Shown here: piece after piece, positions 50,430 to 60,808 of the stretch | How positions within the stretch are numbered: position 1 is the first letter of the stretch | Layout: each line of letters starts with the position of its first letter | NCBI GenBank assembly: GCA_040377305.1 | Contig: JBEIPA010000027.1 | Location: 1 to 64,000 of the forward strand | DNA from: Flavobacteriales bacterium | Lineage (GTDB): Bacteria > Bacteroidota > Bacteroidia > Palsa-965 | Direction: 5' to 3' | Length of the DNA: 64,000 bases | Notes under the pieces: generated by a model | The model's database searches: none | What the model was told of the DNA's origin: nothing | What the model saw: the letters and a program-made list of their open reading frames with translations, nothing else | Made by a program: the position numbers and the translations under genes

Positions 50430-53400
50430 ATGAATGCAACAATGAAAATCACTCGTAAAATATTTCTCCCTGCATTTGCAATTCTTGCCTTCACGGCAAC
50501 GGCAGATGCACGAGAGAACGGGGCTCTTGGCAATCGCGTTTCCAATGGAAACCGATACCAGTCTGGTGAAGATGTAGCGGCAACTTGTACGCCTGCTGCA
50601 GCTAAAACCGACCTCGACGTAAACAACGTTCGCACCACAATTATGACTGGTGGCGATATGTGGTGGGATTTGACCACTGCTCGCTATGAGATTCCAAAAG
50701 GTGGTGATGCTCACTCAATCTTCGCTGGTGCTCTTTGGATCGGCGGACTTGACGCGGGTGGATCACTGAAGGTTGCTGGTATGACTTATCGTCAAACTGG
50801 TAATGACTTCTGGCCAGGTCCGCTTGATACACTTGCAGTTTCTATCGAAGGTGCTGTGTGTAACGAGTTTGACCGCCACTGGAAAATCACGCGTAAAGAA
50901 GTTGATGACTTCGTTGCGTGGACTCAGTCTCCATCAAGTTTCCCGACCTACTCGGTACCAAACGTAATTCAGTCGTGGCCGGGGAACGGTAATGCTTCTG
51001 ATGGACAAGGTCGTTACCTTGCTCCGTTTGTTGACGTTGACGGTGATGGATACTACAACTATCAGGCAGGTGACTATCCTGGATATGACGTAACCGGCTC
51101 TATGGGCTGTACGCGTTTCCAGCTTTTCGGTGACCAGACTTTGTGGTGGGTATTTAATGACAAAGGAAACGTTCACTCGGAAACAGGTGCTGCTTCTATC
51201 GGTCTTGAAATTCACGCTCAGGCGTTCGGATTTACAACGAACGATGAGATCAATAACATGACGTTCTACTCTTACAAAATCATCAACCGTTCAACTGTAC
51301 AGATGAACGACACATACTTCGGTCAGTGGACAGACGCTGACTTGGGTGATGCTTTTGATGACTATGTTGGTTGCGACGTTGCACGTGGACTTGGTTATAC
51401 TTACAATGGTGATGCGAATGACGGTGCTACAGCACAGGCTGGCGCTGGTACTTATGGAGCTAATCCTCCTGCTGTTGGTATGGACTTCTTTGAAGGACCA
51501 ATTGCTGATACTGGTGACTTAATCGACAATAACCGCAACGGAGTTACTGACGAGCCGGGTGAGCAAATCATCATGTCTAAGTTCGTATACTACGATAACA
51601 ACTTTACTGTAACTGGTAACCCGGAGAATGCAACTCACTTCTACAACTACCTTGGTGGTTTCTGGAAAGATGGTTCGCCACTCACCTACGGTGGAACAGC
51701 TTACGGCGGAACTACAGTTTCTGACTTCATGTTCCCTGGTGATACTGACCCGCTCGGTTGGGGAACAAACTTCGTACCTCAAGCATATTGGGATGAAGTA
51801 GCTTCAGGAAACTTACCGAATGACCGTCGTATGCTTCAGTCTGCTGGACCATTCACATTGCAGCCGGGTGCTATTAACTACATCACCGTTGGTGCAGTTT
51901 GGGCGCGCGCAGGTAATGGTGGACCAACAGCTTCTGTAGCATTGTTGCGTACTACTGATGACAAAGCACAACGTCTATTCAACAACTGTTTCCGTACACT
52001 TGACGGACCTACAGCTCCGGATTTAACTATTCAGGAATTGGATAAAGAGGTAACTATTTACCTGACTAACAAAGAAGGTACAAATAACTACCTCGAGCGT
52101 TACGAAGCATACGATCCAGCGATCGTTTACACTACGCTTCACCCTGCACTTCAGAACATTGACACTACTTTCAATTTCGAAGGTTATCAATTGTTCCAGT
52201 TGAAGGACATCACGGTTACAACTGCTGATTTGTACAACCCTGACAAGGCGCGTATGATTGGTCAGTGCGATGTACAAAATGGAGTTGCACAACTTGTGAA
52301 TAGCGAATTCGATCAGTCACTTGGAACTGACGTTCCTCAAGACATGACGATTGATGCAGGTGATGACGGAATCGTTCACTCTTTCTCTGTGAAGACAGAC
52401 GCATTTGCAACGGGCGACAACCGCCTGATCAACCACAAGACTTACTATTTCCTTGTGATTGCATACGCGCACAACCGTTACCTGACTTATGATGATGTAT
52501 CGTTTGACACGCTTCAGCCTACAACTCCTTCTAACATTGGTCAGAAGAAACCATATCTGGCAGGTCGTAAGAACGTAAGAGTTTACTCTGCAATTCCACA
52601 CATCACTTCTCCTGAAGCGGGTGGAACTGATCAGCCGGCAAATTACGGTTCAGGTCCTAAGCTTACTCGTATCGAGGGTTCTGGAAATGGAACGAACATT
52701 GTTGAATTAACACAGGCATCAGAAGATGCAATTGTTGCAGCTGTACCTGTTCACAACGGAGGCACTGCGCGTGTAGATCAGATTCAGTATGAAGGCGGAT
52801 ATGGTCCGGTGAATATTAAAGTAATCGACCCGCTTAACGTACCTGAAGGTGATTTCACAATTCAGTTGCTGAACAATCCTTCTGCACAAATTACTGTAGT
52901 TGGAACTGCAACTTGGTTGATGAATCAAACGAGTGGTGTTGGTTCACCGCGTTCATGGGCTGCTGATACTTCTATCAATTTCCAGTCGGTATACGCGAAC
53001 GAACAGATCATTCCTGAAATCGGAATGTCGGTTACATGGAGCCAGACTCAGAACCCGGGTTATGGAAACAATCCTGACCGTAACGGTTACCTTGCTTCTT
53101 CTATGACTTTCGATGATCCTACAAAAGACTTCCTTACAGGAATTGTAGATCAGGATGGCAATGACGAGTACAACTGGATTCGCGGTGGATCACAAACCGG
53201 TACTGGAGTTTGCGTAGCAGACTTTAATGACCGTCACAATGGTCTTAACCCGATTGATCCGGAGGGTGACTATGAGAAACTGGTTAACGGAATCTGGGGA
53301 CCTTACCGTATTACGTCTTACAACCCGTATCCGAATCAGGCAACGGTATGTTATCCTGCTGGTCCGGCTTGGTTCCCAAGTCCTCCATCTGCAACAGTTG

Positions 53401-54545
53401 CAAACCGTTTCGAAAACATCTCAAACGTTAACATCGTAATCACTAACGATCGTTCTAAGTGGACGCGTTGTCCGGTACTTGAAGTAGGTCCTACACACTT
53501 GCTCAATGAAGGTCAGCGTGAACCTTTCCACCTGCGTGATCATGCTTCGGTTGACCAATACGGTCGCACTGGAGACGGTGTTGTATCAAATGATCCTAAC
53601 GACGCAGATTACATTGGTGCTAACGGCATGGGCTGGTTCCCGGGTTACGCAATTAACCTTGAAACCGGAGAGCGTCTGAACATGGCTTTTGGAGAGAACT
53701 CAGCTCTTGCTGCTGATAATGGCCGCGATATGTTGTTCAATCCGAATTCACGTGATCAGGTCAACGGTAACACGATCTGGGGCGGTATGCACTTCGTGTA
53801 CGTATTCGGTCACAATGGTAACACGCGCTTTACTACTGGCGTACTCACCAATGAACTGAAAGACGTTCCTGCTTATGATGCGGGTACAGCTATCTACAAG
53901 ATTCTGAATGCTGACGCTACGGCAAACGCTGAGCTTCGTGAAGTTTATTCAGATGCTATGTGGACAAGCATTCCGGTGCTGACAAGTGATTTTGACAATC
54001 ACACATGGGGTAACAACTATGCAGGTTCGGATGTAATTCCTTCGACTTGTAAGATCCGTCTGCGCGTTGCAAAACCATACAAACGTTTCTTCAATGGTAT
54101 CACAACAGCATCGGGTGTCATGGCATCTGACTCTGCAGCGAATCCGGTGAACACGAATAATCCGATGTATGCGTTCAACACTGCAGATCTGAAGACTTCA
54201 ACTGATCACGCCCTTTCTGCACAGGAAGCATTGGAAATAATTAACGTTGTTCCGAACCCTTACTATGCATACTCTGGATACGAAACGAACCAGTTCGATA
54301 ACCGCGTGAAGTTCACGAACCTCCCTGAAAAGTGCGAGATCAAGATCTACACGGTTAACGGTACACTCGTTCGCAGGTTCACGAAGGATTCACCTCAAAC
54401 TTCCCTCGACTGGGATCTGAAGAATCAGGCCGGCATCCCTGTGGCTAGTGGTCTTTACATCATCCACGTTAATGTTGAAGGAGTAGGAGAGAAAATCCTG
54501 AAGTGGTTTGGCGTAATGCGTCCGATTGACCTCGATTCGTATTAA
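50430..54545 (+). CDS. Large T9SS C-terminal target domain protein (1371 aa)
   Basis: Signal peptide; LDVNNVR...IFAGALWIGG N-domain; Ca-binding-like DVDGDG and DNNRNGVTDE motifs; CTD VVPNPY...FTNLP...IYTVNG...WDL...VASGLYIIHV. Confidence 0.85.
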   Translation: MNATMKITRKIFLPAFAILAFTATADARENGALGNRVSNGNRYQSGEDVAATCTPAAAKTDLDVNNVRTTIMTGGDMWWDLTTARYEIPKGGDAHSIFAGALWIGGLDAGGSLKVAGMTYRQTGNDFWPGPLDTLAVSIEGAVCNEFDRHWKITRKEVDDFVAWTQSPSSFPTYSVPNVIQSWPGNGNASDGQGRYLAPFVDVDGDGYYNYQAGDYPGYDVTGSMGCTRFQLFGDQTLWWVFNDKGNVHSETGAASIGLEIHAQAFGFTTNDEINNMTFYSYKIINRSTVQMNDTYFGQWTDADLGDAFDDYVGCDVARGLGYTYNGDANDGATAQAGAGTYGANPPAVGMDFFEGPIADTGDLIDNNRNGVTDEPGEQIIMSKFVYYDNNFTVTGNPENATHFYNYLGGFWKDGSPLTYGGTAYGGTTVSDFMFPGDTDPLGWGTNFVPQAYWDEVASGNLPNDRRMLQSAGPFTLQPGAINYITVGAVWARAGNGGPTASVALLRTTDDKAQRLFNNCFRTLDGPTAPDLTIQELDKEVTIYLTNKEGTNNYLERYEAYDPAIVYTTLHPALQNIDTTFNFEGYQLFQLKDITVTTADLYNPDKARMIGQCDVQNGVAQLVNSEFDQSLGTDVPQDMTIDAGDDGIVHSFSVKTDAFATGDNRLINHKTYYFLVIAYAHNRYLTYDDVSFDTLQPTTPSNIGQKKPYLAGRKNVRVYSAIPHITSPEAGGTDQPANYGSGPKLTRIEGSGNGTNIVELTQASEDAIVAAVPVHNGGTARVDQIQYEGGYGPVNIKVIDPLNVPEGDFTIQLLNNPSAQITVVGTATWLMNQTSGVGSPRSWAADTSINFQSVYANEQIIPEIGMSVTWSQTQNPGYGNNPDRNGYLASSMTFDDPTKDFLTGIVDQDGNDEYNWIRGGSQTGTGVCVADFNDRHNGLNPIDPEGDYEKLVNGIWGPYRITSYNPYPNQATVCYPAGPAWFPSPPSATVANRFENISNVNIVITNDRSKWTRCPVLEVGPTHLLNEGQREPFHLRDHASVDQYGRTGDGVVSNDPNDADYIGANGMGWFPGYAINLETGERLNMAFGENSALAADNGRDMLFNPNSRDQVNGNTIWGGMHFVYVFGHNGNTRFTTGVLTNELKDVPAYDAGTAIYKILNADATANAELREVYSDAMWTSIPVLTSDFDNHTWGNNYAGSDVIPSTCKIRLRVAKPYKRFFNGITTASGVMASDSAANPVNTNNPMYAFNTADLKTSTDHALSAQEALEIINVVPNPYYAYSGYETNQFDNRVKFTNLPEKCEIKIYTVNGTLVRRFTKDSPQTSLDWDLKNQAGIPVASGLYIIHVNVEGVGEKILKWFGVMRPIDLDSY

Positions 54546-54588
54546 CCAAAAAGGATCCATGAATTTTCAATTCAATTAGCACGATACT

Positions 54589-55662
54589 ATGAAAACAACA
54601 TATAAAATAGCTGCAGCGTTCATCACGGCATCAATGATTGCCGGATCAACAGGTACTGCGATCGCTGGTAACGGAGACCGTGCAGGTCAGGCCGGAGCCA
54701 CCGAGTTGTTGATCAATCCTTATGCGCGCAGCTCAGGATGGGGAGGAGCTAACGCTGCTTCTATTCGCGGACTGGAGGCAATGTACATGAACGTTGCTGG
54801 TACCGCATTCACAAAGCGTACAGAGCTCATGTTCTGCCACACCAACTGGTTAGGCGGAACAGGAATCGGAATCAACGCGTTCGGATTTACGCAACGCGTG
54901 GGTGAAACAGGAGCAATTGGTTTGGGTGTAATGTCAATGGATTTCGGCGACATCCAGATCACTACTGTGGATCTTCCGGAAGGCGGAATCGGAACTTATC
55001 ATCCGACTTATACGAACATCGGGTTGTCGTATGCGAAAGGTTTCTCTGAGAACATTTATGGCGGTATCGTTATAAAAGCAATCTCTGAATCGATCGCTGA
55101 CGTTGCAGCACGCGGAGTCTGCCTCGATGCAGGCATCCAGTACGTAACGGGTAAAATGGAACAGGTACACTTTGGAATCTCTCTCCGTAACGTAGGACCG
55201 CGTATGCGTTTCTCTGGTGACGGTTTGTCGTTCCGTGGTACTTCACCAACAGGTGCATATGCGATGACACTCGAACAGCGTACAGCTGATTTCGATATGC
55301 CAACGCTGATTAACATCTCTGGTGCATACGATTTCTATTTTGCTAAAGACAGCACGAACCGTAAGAACCACCGTGTTACAATGGCAGGGACATTCACTTC
55401 AAACTCTTTCTCTAAAGATGAGTTCCGTGTAGGTGTTGAGTACGCTTGGCGTTCTATGCTCATGATTCGTGGAGGTTATACCTACGAGGAAGGAATTTCA
55501 AAAGTGGAGACACGTACAACGGCATTTACAGGCCCGAATGCAGGTCTTTCATTAGAGCTTCCTTTTGGCAAAAAAGGTTCAACTTTCGCAGTAGACTATT
55601 CTTATCGTTTTACGAACCCATTTACGGGGGTTCACAGCTTCGGAGCGCGTCTGAACCTCTGA
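54589..55662 (+). CDS. PorV/PorQ family outer-membrane beta-barrel
   Basis: Signal peptide; ELLINPYARSSGWGGA N-terminal PorV-family motif; amphipathic strands; GVEY, RGGY, VDYSY. Confidence 0.85.
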   Translation: MKTTYKIAAAFITASMIAGSTGTAIAGNGDRAGQAGATELLINPYARSSGWGGANAASIRGLEAMYMNVAGTAFTKRTELMFCHTNWLGGTGIGINAFGFTQRVGETGAIGLGVMSMDFGDIQITTVDLPEGGIGTYHPTYTNIGLSYAKGFSENIYGGIVIKAISESIADVAARGVCLDAGIQYVTGKMEQVHFGISLRNVGPRMRFSGDGLSFRGTSPTGAYAMTLEQRTADFDMPTLINISGAYDFYFAKDSTNRKNHRVTMAGTFTSNSFSKDEFRVGVEYAWRSMLMIRGGYTYEEGISKVETRTTAFTGPNAGLSLELPFGKKGSTFAVDYSYRFTNPFTGVHSFGARLNL

Positions 55663-55701
55663 TCCTGACCTAAGGGATTTTTTTACTACATTTGAATTAA
55701 C

Positions 55702-55749
55702 AGGAGAGTCCCTGTCTGCTTCGGCAGACAGGGATTCTCCTTCTGTTTT
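55702..55749 (+). terminator. Strong hairpin (operon terminator and/or greA leader attenuator)
   Basis: aggagagtccctgtctgc-ttcg-gcagacagggattctcct followed by tctgtttt. Confidence 0.65.
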
Positions 55750-55775
55750 AAGTCACAACACCAAACACGCCTAAA

Positions 55776-56249
55776 ATGTCACAGATCGTCTATTTTACCG
55801 AAGAAGGGCTCCAGAAGCTGAAGGATGAGCTGCATTTCCTGAAAACGAAGGAAAGGCCATCTATTTCGCGGCAAATTGCGGAAGCAAGGGACAAGGGAGA
55901 TTTGTCGGAAAACGCTGAATACGACGCCGCAAAAGAGGCTCAGGGCTTACTTGAACTGAAGATATCTAAGATGGAAGGTACACTGAGCAATGCCCGTATT
56001 GTCGACCAGTCTCAGCTTGATACATCCAAAGTGCTCATTTTGTCTAAAGTCACTATCAAAAACGTGAAAACCGGGCAAAAAATGAGCTATACATTGGTGC
56101 CTGAAAACGAAGCCGACCTGAAGTCAGGCAAGCTCTCGATTACATCCCCAATTGCAAAAGGACTGCTTGGCTGCGAGAAAGGCGACAAGACGGAAGTGAC
56201 AGTTCCAAGCGGTAAGATGACTTTCGAAATCATCGAGATCAGCAGGTAA
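55776..56249 (+). CDS. greA: Transcription elongation factor GreA
   Basis: EARDKGDLSENAEYDAAKE, SPIAKGLLG. Confidence 0.97.
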   Translation: MSQIVYFTEEGLQKLKDELHFLKTKERPSISRQIAEARDKGDLSENAEYDAAKEAQGLLELKISKMEGTLSNARIVDQSQLDTSKVLILSKVTIKNVKTGQKMSYTLVPENEADLKSGKLSITSPIAKGLLGCEKGDKTEVTVPSGKMTFEIIEISR

Positions 56250-56644
56250 TGGCGAGCATCTTTTCGAAAATTGTTGCCGGCGAAATCCCGTGTTATAAAA
56301 TTGCCGAAACAGAAAACTGTCTGGCATTTCTGGATGTTTCACCTCTTGTGCACGGACATGTACTCGTGATTCCGAAAAAGGAAATCGACTACATTTTTGA
56401 TCTCGGAGATGACCAGTTCAGCGAACTGCATTTATTCGCGAAGAAAATAGCGAAGGCAATCGGTAAAGCAATTCCGTGTAAGCGGGTTGGTATTGCGGTT
56501 ATCGGACTTGAAGTTCCGCATGCCCACATTCACCTGGTGCCGATGAATACGATTGGTGATATAACATTCACGAGAGAGAAATTGAAACCAACTTCTGAGG
56601 AACTGGAGCGTGTTGCGGAAAAAATTCGCGCAGCGCTTGCATAA
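56249..56644 (+). CDS. HIT family protein
   Basis: SIFSKIVAGEIP, GHVLVIPK, VPHAHIHLVP. Confidence 0.95.
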   Translation: MASIFSKIVAGEIPCYKIAETENCLAFLDVSPLVHGHVLVIPKKEIDYIFDLGDDQFSELHLFAKKIAKAIGKAIPCKRVGIAVIGLEVPHAHIHLVPMNTIGDITFTREKLKPTSEELERVAEKIRAALA

Positions 56645-56676
56645 ACCTTAAAGGTTTTAAAAACCTTTAAGGTTTA
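56642..56676. repeat. Perfect 17-bp inverted repeat spanning two convergent stop codons
   Basis: taaaccttaaaggtttt-a-aaaacctttaaggttta; each arm is itself near-palindromic. Confidence 0.85.
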
Positions 56677-57263
56677 GAGCGACGCTTCACTTCACGTTCG
56701 GGATTTCCGCTCAGAAAGGTTTCCCAGCTCCCATATTTTTTATCGGTAGTTCCCGGAGTTTTCATCTGGAAAAAATGGCACACGGCAGCTGCAAGTCCAT
56801 CGGTTGCATCGAGATATTTCGGCATGTCCTTTATCCCGAGCAGTTGCTGCAACATTTTCGCAACCTGTTCTTTAGAGGCGTTTCCGTTGCCGGTAATCGA
56901 CATCTTTATTTTTTTCGGACTGTATTCGTGAACCGGAATATCACGATTTAATGCCGCGGCCAGAGCCACGCCTTGTGCACGTCCAAGCTTGAGCATTGAT
57001 TGTACATTCTTTCCGAAGAACGGAGCTTCAACGGCAAACTCATCGGGCAAATGTTTCGTGGCTAACTCGGTAGTTGTTTCGAAAATCTTTTTGAGCTTGA
57101 GCGCGTGGTTCTCGAGTTTGTCGAGTTTGATTACGCCAAGATCAATCAGTTCCATTTTTTGTCCACGGCAAATAATCACACCGAATCCCATGATGTTGGT
57201 TCCAGGATCGATTCCGAGAATGATTTTCTCTTTTTGCGTGGCAGTTCTTTTCAGTGCGTTCAC
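56667..57263 (-). CDS. ruvC: Crossover junction endodeoxyribonuclease RuvC
   Basis: [40 protein letters not shown]. Confidence 0.96.
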   Translation of the reverse strand: MNALKRTATQKEKIILGIDPGTNIMGFGVIICRGQKMELIDLGVIKLDKLENHALKLKKIFETTTELATKHLPDEFAVEAPFFGKNVQSMLKLGRAQGVALAAALNRDIPVHEYSPKKIKMSITGNGNASKEQVAKMLQQLLGIKDMPKYLDATDGLAAAVCHFFQMKTPGTTDKKYGSWETFLSGNPEREVKRRSKP

Positions 57264-57296
57264 AGTGTCTTTTGCTACATTTACTGAACCGGCGTA

Positions 57297-58223
57297 ATGG
57301 AGAATTCCAATCGTATTCTTGTTGGCAGAGTTTTAAAGGTAGCAATAGTTTTGGTCGCTGCCGTGCTGTTGTATTTCGCGATGCATAAGTTCTTCAGCAA
57401 TCACGAAGCGCGCGCTTTTCTCACCGTGATTTGGCTGGAGTCGTGGCACGTACTGCTTATTGTGCTTGTACTGGTGCCATTTAATTGGTTCCTGGAAACA
57501 GCGAAATGGAAAAGGCTCATTTCTGCTTCTGAAAAAATTTCATGGGTTGAAGCCTGGAGCGCAGTTCTCGCCGGACTCGCAATTGGTTCAGCAACACCAA
57601 ACCGTGTAGGAGAGTTTGCCGGAAGAATCTTTCAGTTGAAGTCAACTCCTTTACGCGATGGAATTGTTTTCACTTTCGTAAGCTCTATCATGCAGGTTGC
57701 GGTTACGGTCGTATTCGGGGTGCTTGGCTTGCTGATGACTGATCCTGATAAATATCTGCACAGCGGAAAAGCATTTATATGGACAGTGGTTGTTGTTGGA
57801 GCAGGGTGCGCCTTGATCGCTTACGCAAAAACTGCCCGCGGAAAAATCGGAGAATATCTTTCGGCGCTCAAGAAAATAGACGGCAATATTCTTGGGGTTG
57901 TATTCGGATTATCTGCCCTACGTTATTGCGTTTATTCGCTGCAGTTCTATCTCATGCTTCGCTTGTGCGGAATTGAATCGGGTGGTATGGAATTGTTTTG
58001 GGCAATCGCGGTAAACTATCTTGCAGTTACCATCATACCTTCCGTCATGTTTACAGAAATGATTGTACGCGGAGCGGTTGCAACAGGTGTAATCGGTGGT
58101 CTATGCGGAAATCCAGGAGCAGCAGCTGGAGCAGCCGTTATACTGTGGCTCATTAATGTAGGTGTTCCCGCGGTGATCGGATTGTTTTTCGTGAAAAACA
58201 TTTCATTCTTCAGGAGGCGATGA
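57297..58223 (+). CDS. Lysylphosphatidylglycerol synthase TM-domain (flippase-like) membrane protein
   Basis: Multi-TM; [25 protein letters not shown] motifs. Confidence 0.8.
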   Translation: MENSNRILVGRVLKVAIVLVAAVLLYFAMHKFFSNHEARAFLTVIWLESWHVLLIVLVLVPFNWFLETAKWKRLISASEKISWVEAWSAVLAGLAIGSATPNRVGEFAGRIFQLKSTPLRDGIVFTFVSSIMQVAVTVVFGVLGLLMTDPDKYLHSGKAFIWTVVVVGAGCALIAYAKTARGKIGEYLSALKKIDGNILGVVFGLSALRYCVYSLQFYLMLRLCGIESGGMELFWAIAVNYLAVTIIPSVMFTEMIVRGAVATGVIGGLCGNPGAAAGAAVILWLINVGVPAVIGLFFVKNISFFRRR

Positions 58224-59350
58224 TGGACGAGGTCTTCAGTGGTATCGTAATCATGGCAACGTTAGCATATGGAGTGTTGCTGTTCATTTCGTATTTCAAA
58301 TTCAGAAAGCTGAATACGGAAGTGCCGGCTCAGGATGTGAAAAAAACAGTTGCTGTAATTGTGGCCGCAAGGAACGAAGAACACAACATTCAACCTTTGC
58401 TGAATGCGCTCGAAGCTCAGCAATGTTCATTCATCTTCGAGGTAATAATTGTGGACGATCGTTCGGAAGACGGAACGATAACGGCTGTGCAGTCATATTG
58501 GGCGAAAAGAATACAGCTTCGGGTTATTCCAAGTCACGGTATAGGCAAGAAGGATGCGATTACCACAGGAGTGCAGGGAACCGCCGCCGATATTATTCTG
58601 GTTACGGATGCAGACTGTATTCCTGATGCGAAATGGGTCCAGAAAATGACTGAACAATTCAATGATCAGGCTTGCGTTTTTGTGGGCGGGATGATTCGTC
58701 CTTATGATGCAGATGGTGCAATTGCCAAAGCGTTGGAGACGGAAGCAATATTTCTCCAGGTGGAGTCGGCGGGAATGTATGCGATGCGTTCACCCAGTAT
58801 GTGTAACGGGGCGAGTATGGCATTTACACGTGCACTGTTCACACAGGTTAACGGTTTCTCCAATGATATTTATGTTTCAGGTGATGATGTGCTCTTGCTG
58901 CAAAAAGCAAAATGGCATCATCCTACAGGCATTCGCTGGGTGAAAGACGAGGAGGCAATGGTAGAAACGAAGGTGGCGGAAACTCTTGACCAGGCAATTA
59001 CCCAACGTGCGCGCTGGTTGTCGAAAAGCAAGGCGTATAGCGACACGGCTGTTACAGTGAAGGGAATTCTGTTCCTGTTTATGCAATTGTTACTACCTCT
59101 GGCGGTTGTGTGTTCGTTCGTTCTGGACTTTGACGATAATCCTTTTTGGATAGGAGTTGGTCTGAAAATTATAGTTGAGCTATTGTTGTTATCTTTAGCT
59201 GCCTCTTTTTTCAGGGTATCAAACGCAGTTCTTATGTTACCGGTTTCCTTCGTGATGTATTGTATTATTTCCGTAGGTGCAGTTATCAGAATGATGCAGG
59301 GTAATATTGTATGGAAAGGACGAACCTGGAGAAACGGTCGAGTGCGATGA
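58220..59350 (+). CDS. Glycosyltransferase family 2 (membrane-bound)
   Basis: AARNEE, VDDRSED, GKKDA, TDADC, SGDD, QRARW. Confidence 0.9.
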   Translation: MMDEVFSGIVIMATLAYGVLLFISYFKFRKLNTEVPAQDVKKTVAVIVAARNEEHNIQPLLNALEAQQCSFIFEVIIVDDRSEDGTITAVQSYWAKRIQLRVIPSHGIGKKDAITTGVQGTAADIILVTDADCIPDAKWVQKMTEQFNDQACVFVGGMIRPYDADGAIAKALETEAIFLQVESAGMYAMRSPSMCNGASMAFTRALFTQVNGFSNDIYVSGDDVLLLQKAKWHHPTGIRWVKDEEAMVETKVAETLDQAITQRARWLSKSKAYSDTAVTVKGILFLFMQLLLPLAVVCSFVLDFDDNPFWIGVGLKIIVELLLLSLAASFFRVSNAVLMLPVSFVMYCIISVGAVIRMMQGNIVWKGRTWRNGRVR

Positions 59351-60589
59351 AAGAAACGCAGGATAAACCATTTTCACTTGCATCATTTGCATGGCAGCGC
59401 ATCAAGCGCAATCGCCTTGCGATGTTCGGCATTTTTATCATCGCGTTGTTGATGATCATGTCGATATTGGGTTATCTCATCACACCAGATCAGAGTCCGG
59501 ATGCTGCCACTCACATTGAGGAAATCAGTATTCGTAAGCCTGGTTTCTCATGCCAGATCATTGAGCTCAGGAAGAATACTCCGGATGTCGATCAGAACAT
59601 CTTTACCACGATGATTTTCGGTAAAGCAAACGAGTACGAATACCACGCGATCAAGAAATACTGGTTCAAAGGCAACGATATTCTTTGGGAAGAATACCCG
59701 GAGGATGATATTTCTCAGGGACGAATCTGGAAATACAATATCGCTGATGCGATTTATGCGATTAATCCTGCGTTTCCGATAGTGAATGATACGATCAGCG
59801 GGACCATGGATTTTTACGCATACGGTAACAGCACGAAGATGCACAAGACCGTTGATGAGTTACGTGCAGAAGTTGTAGCAAACATCAGCATGCATCGGTT
59901 TGTTCTTGGCACCGACCATTTCGGAAGAGATCTGCTTAGCCGTCTGATGATTGGTTCCCGCATTTCACTTTTCGTAGGAACCGTTTCTGTTTTGATTTCT
60001 GTTGTGATCGGAATTCTGATGGGCGCACTCGCAGGATTTTTTCCGCGGCTGGGTTGATGATGTGGTGATGTGGATCATCAATGTTGTGTGGTCAATTCCT
60101 ACATTACTTCTCGTCATTGCTGTTGCGCTTGTTCTTGGTCGTGGCATCTTCCCGATTTTCGTTGCGGTGGGATTGACGATGTGGGTTGAAACAGCGCGTC
60201 TCGTTCGCGGACAAATTTTAAGTGTGCGCGAAAAGGAATACGTAGAAGCGGGCCGGGCGCTCGGTTTCTCCAATAGCCGTTTGATCATCAAGCATATTCT
60301 TCCGAATGTAATGGGACCGGTAATTGTGGTTTCTGCTAACAATTTTGCGTCTGCAATTCTGATTGAAGCCGGTTTGAGTTACCTCGGAATTGGCGTGATG
60401 CGTCCAACTCCATCCTGGGGAATGATGATCAGCGAATACAAAGGATATATGCTTACCGGTGATGCTTATCTCGCAGTACTTCCCGGGTTGGCGATTGCGA
60501 TTGTTGTGATGGCGTTTAAATTTCTCGGCGATGGATTGCGTGATGCAATTGATACGAAAATGGCCGAGGATGATAAAATCATGACCTAG
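59347..60589 (+). pseudogene. Peptide ABC transporter permease (DppC/OppC-like) split by a +1 frameshift (real or sequencing error)
   Basis: ORF1 has LGTDHFGRDLLSR; ORF2 has EYVEAGRALG...HILPN...GDGLRDA. Removing one T from the T6 run at 60037-60042 restores AGFFRGWVDDVVMW. Confidence 0.85.
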
Positions 60590-60808
60590 CATGCCTGCGG
60601 CGCTTACCACGGCGACGCGGCGAGCACAGCGAAAAATTTTTGACGTACTAAGCCCATTCGGCGGTAACGGAGTGATCGCTAAAGCGATCTCGGTGAGTGG
60701 GAATCGAGTTGTGAACAAAGGTTGACCACTGACGGGTATTTTTCTAATTTTACGAAACACACACCGTCCTGACGAGCTACGCTGTCCTGACGAACTAAAT
60801 TACACACT

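Noticed and set aside
60590-60720. GC-rich intergenic stretch with hairpins as a tRNA or other ncRNA
   Set aside because: No cloverleaf, T-loop or other recognisable consensus; only local stems.
60745-60802. GAAAC...GTC...CTGACGA as a hammerhead ribozyme core
   Set aside because: Stem III would have only 2 bp, stem I is offset from the cleavage site, and the stem II closing pair is mismatched.
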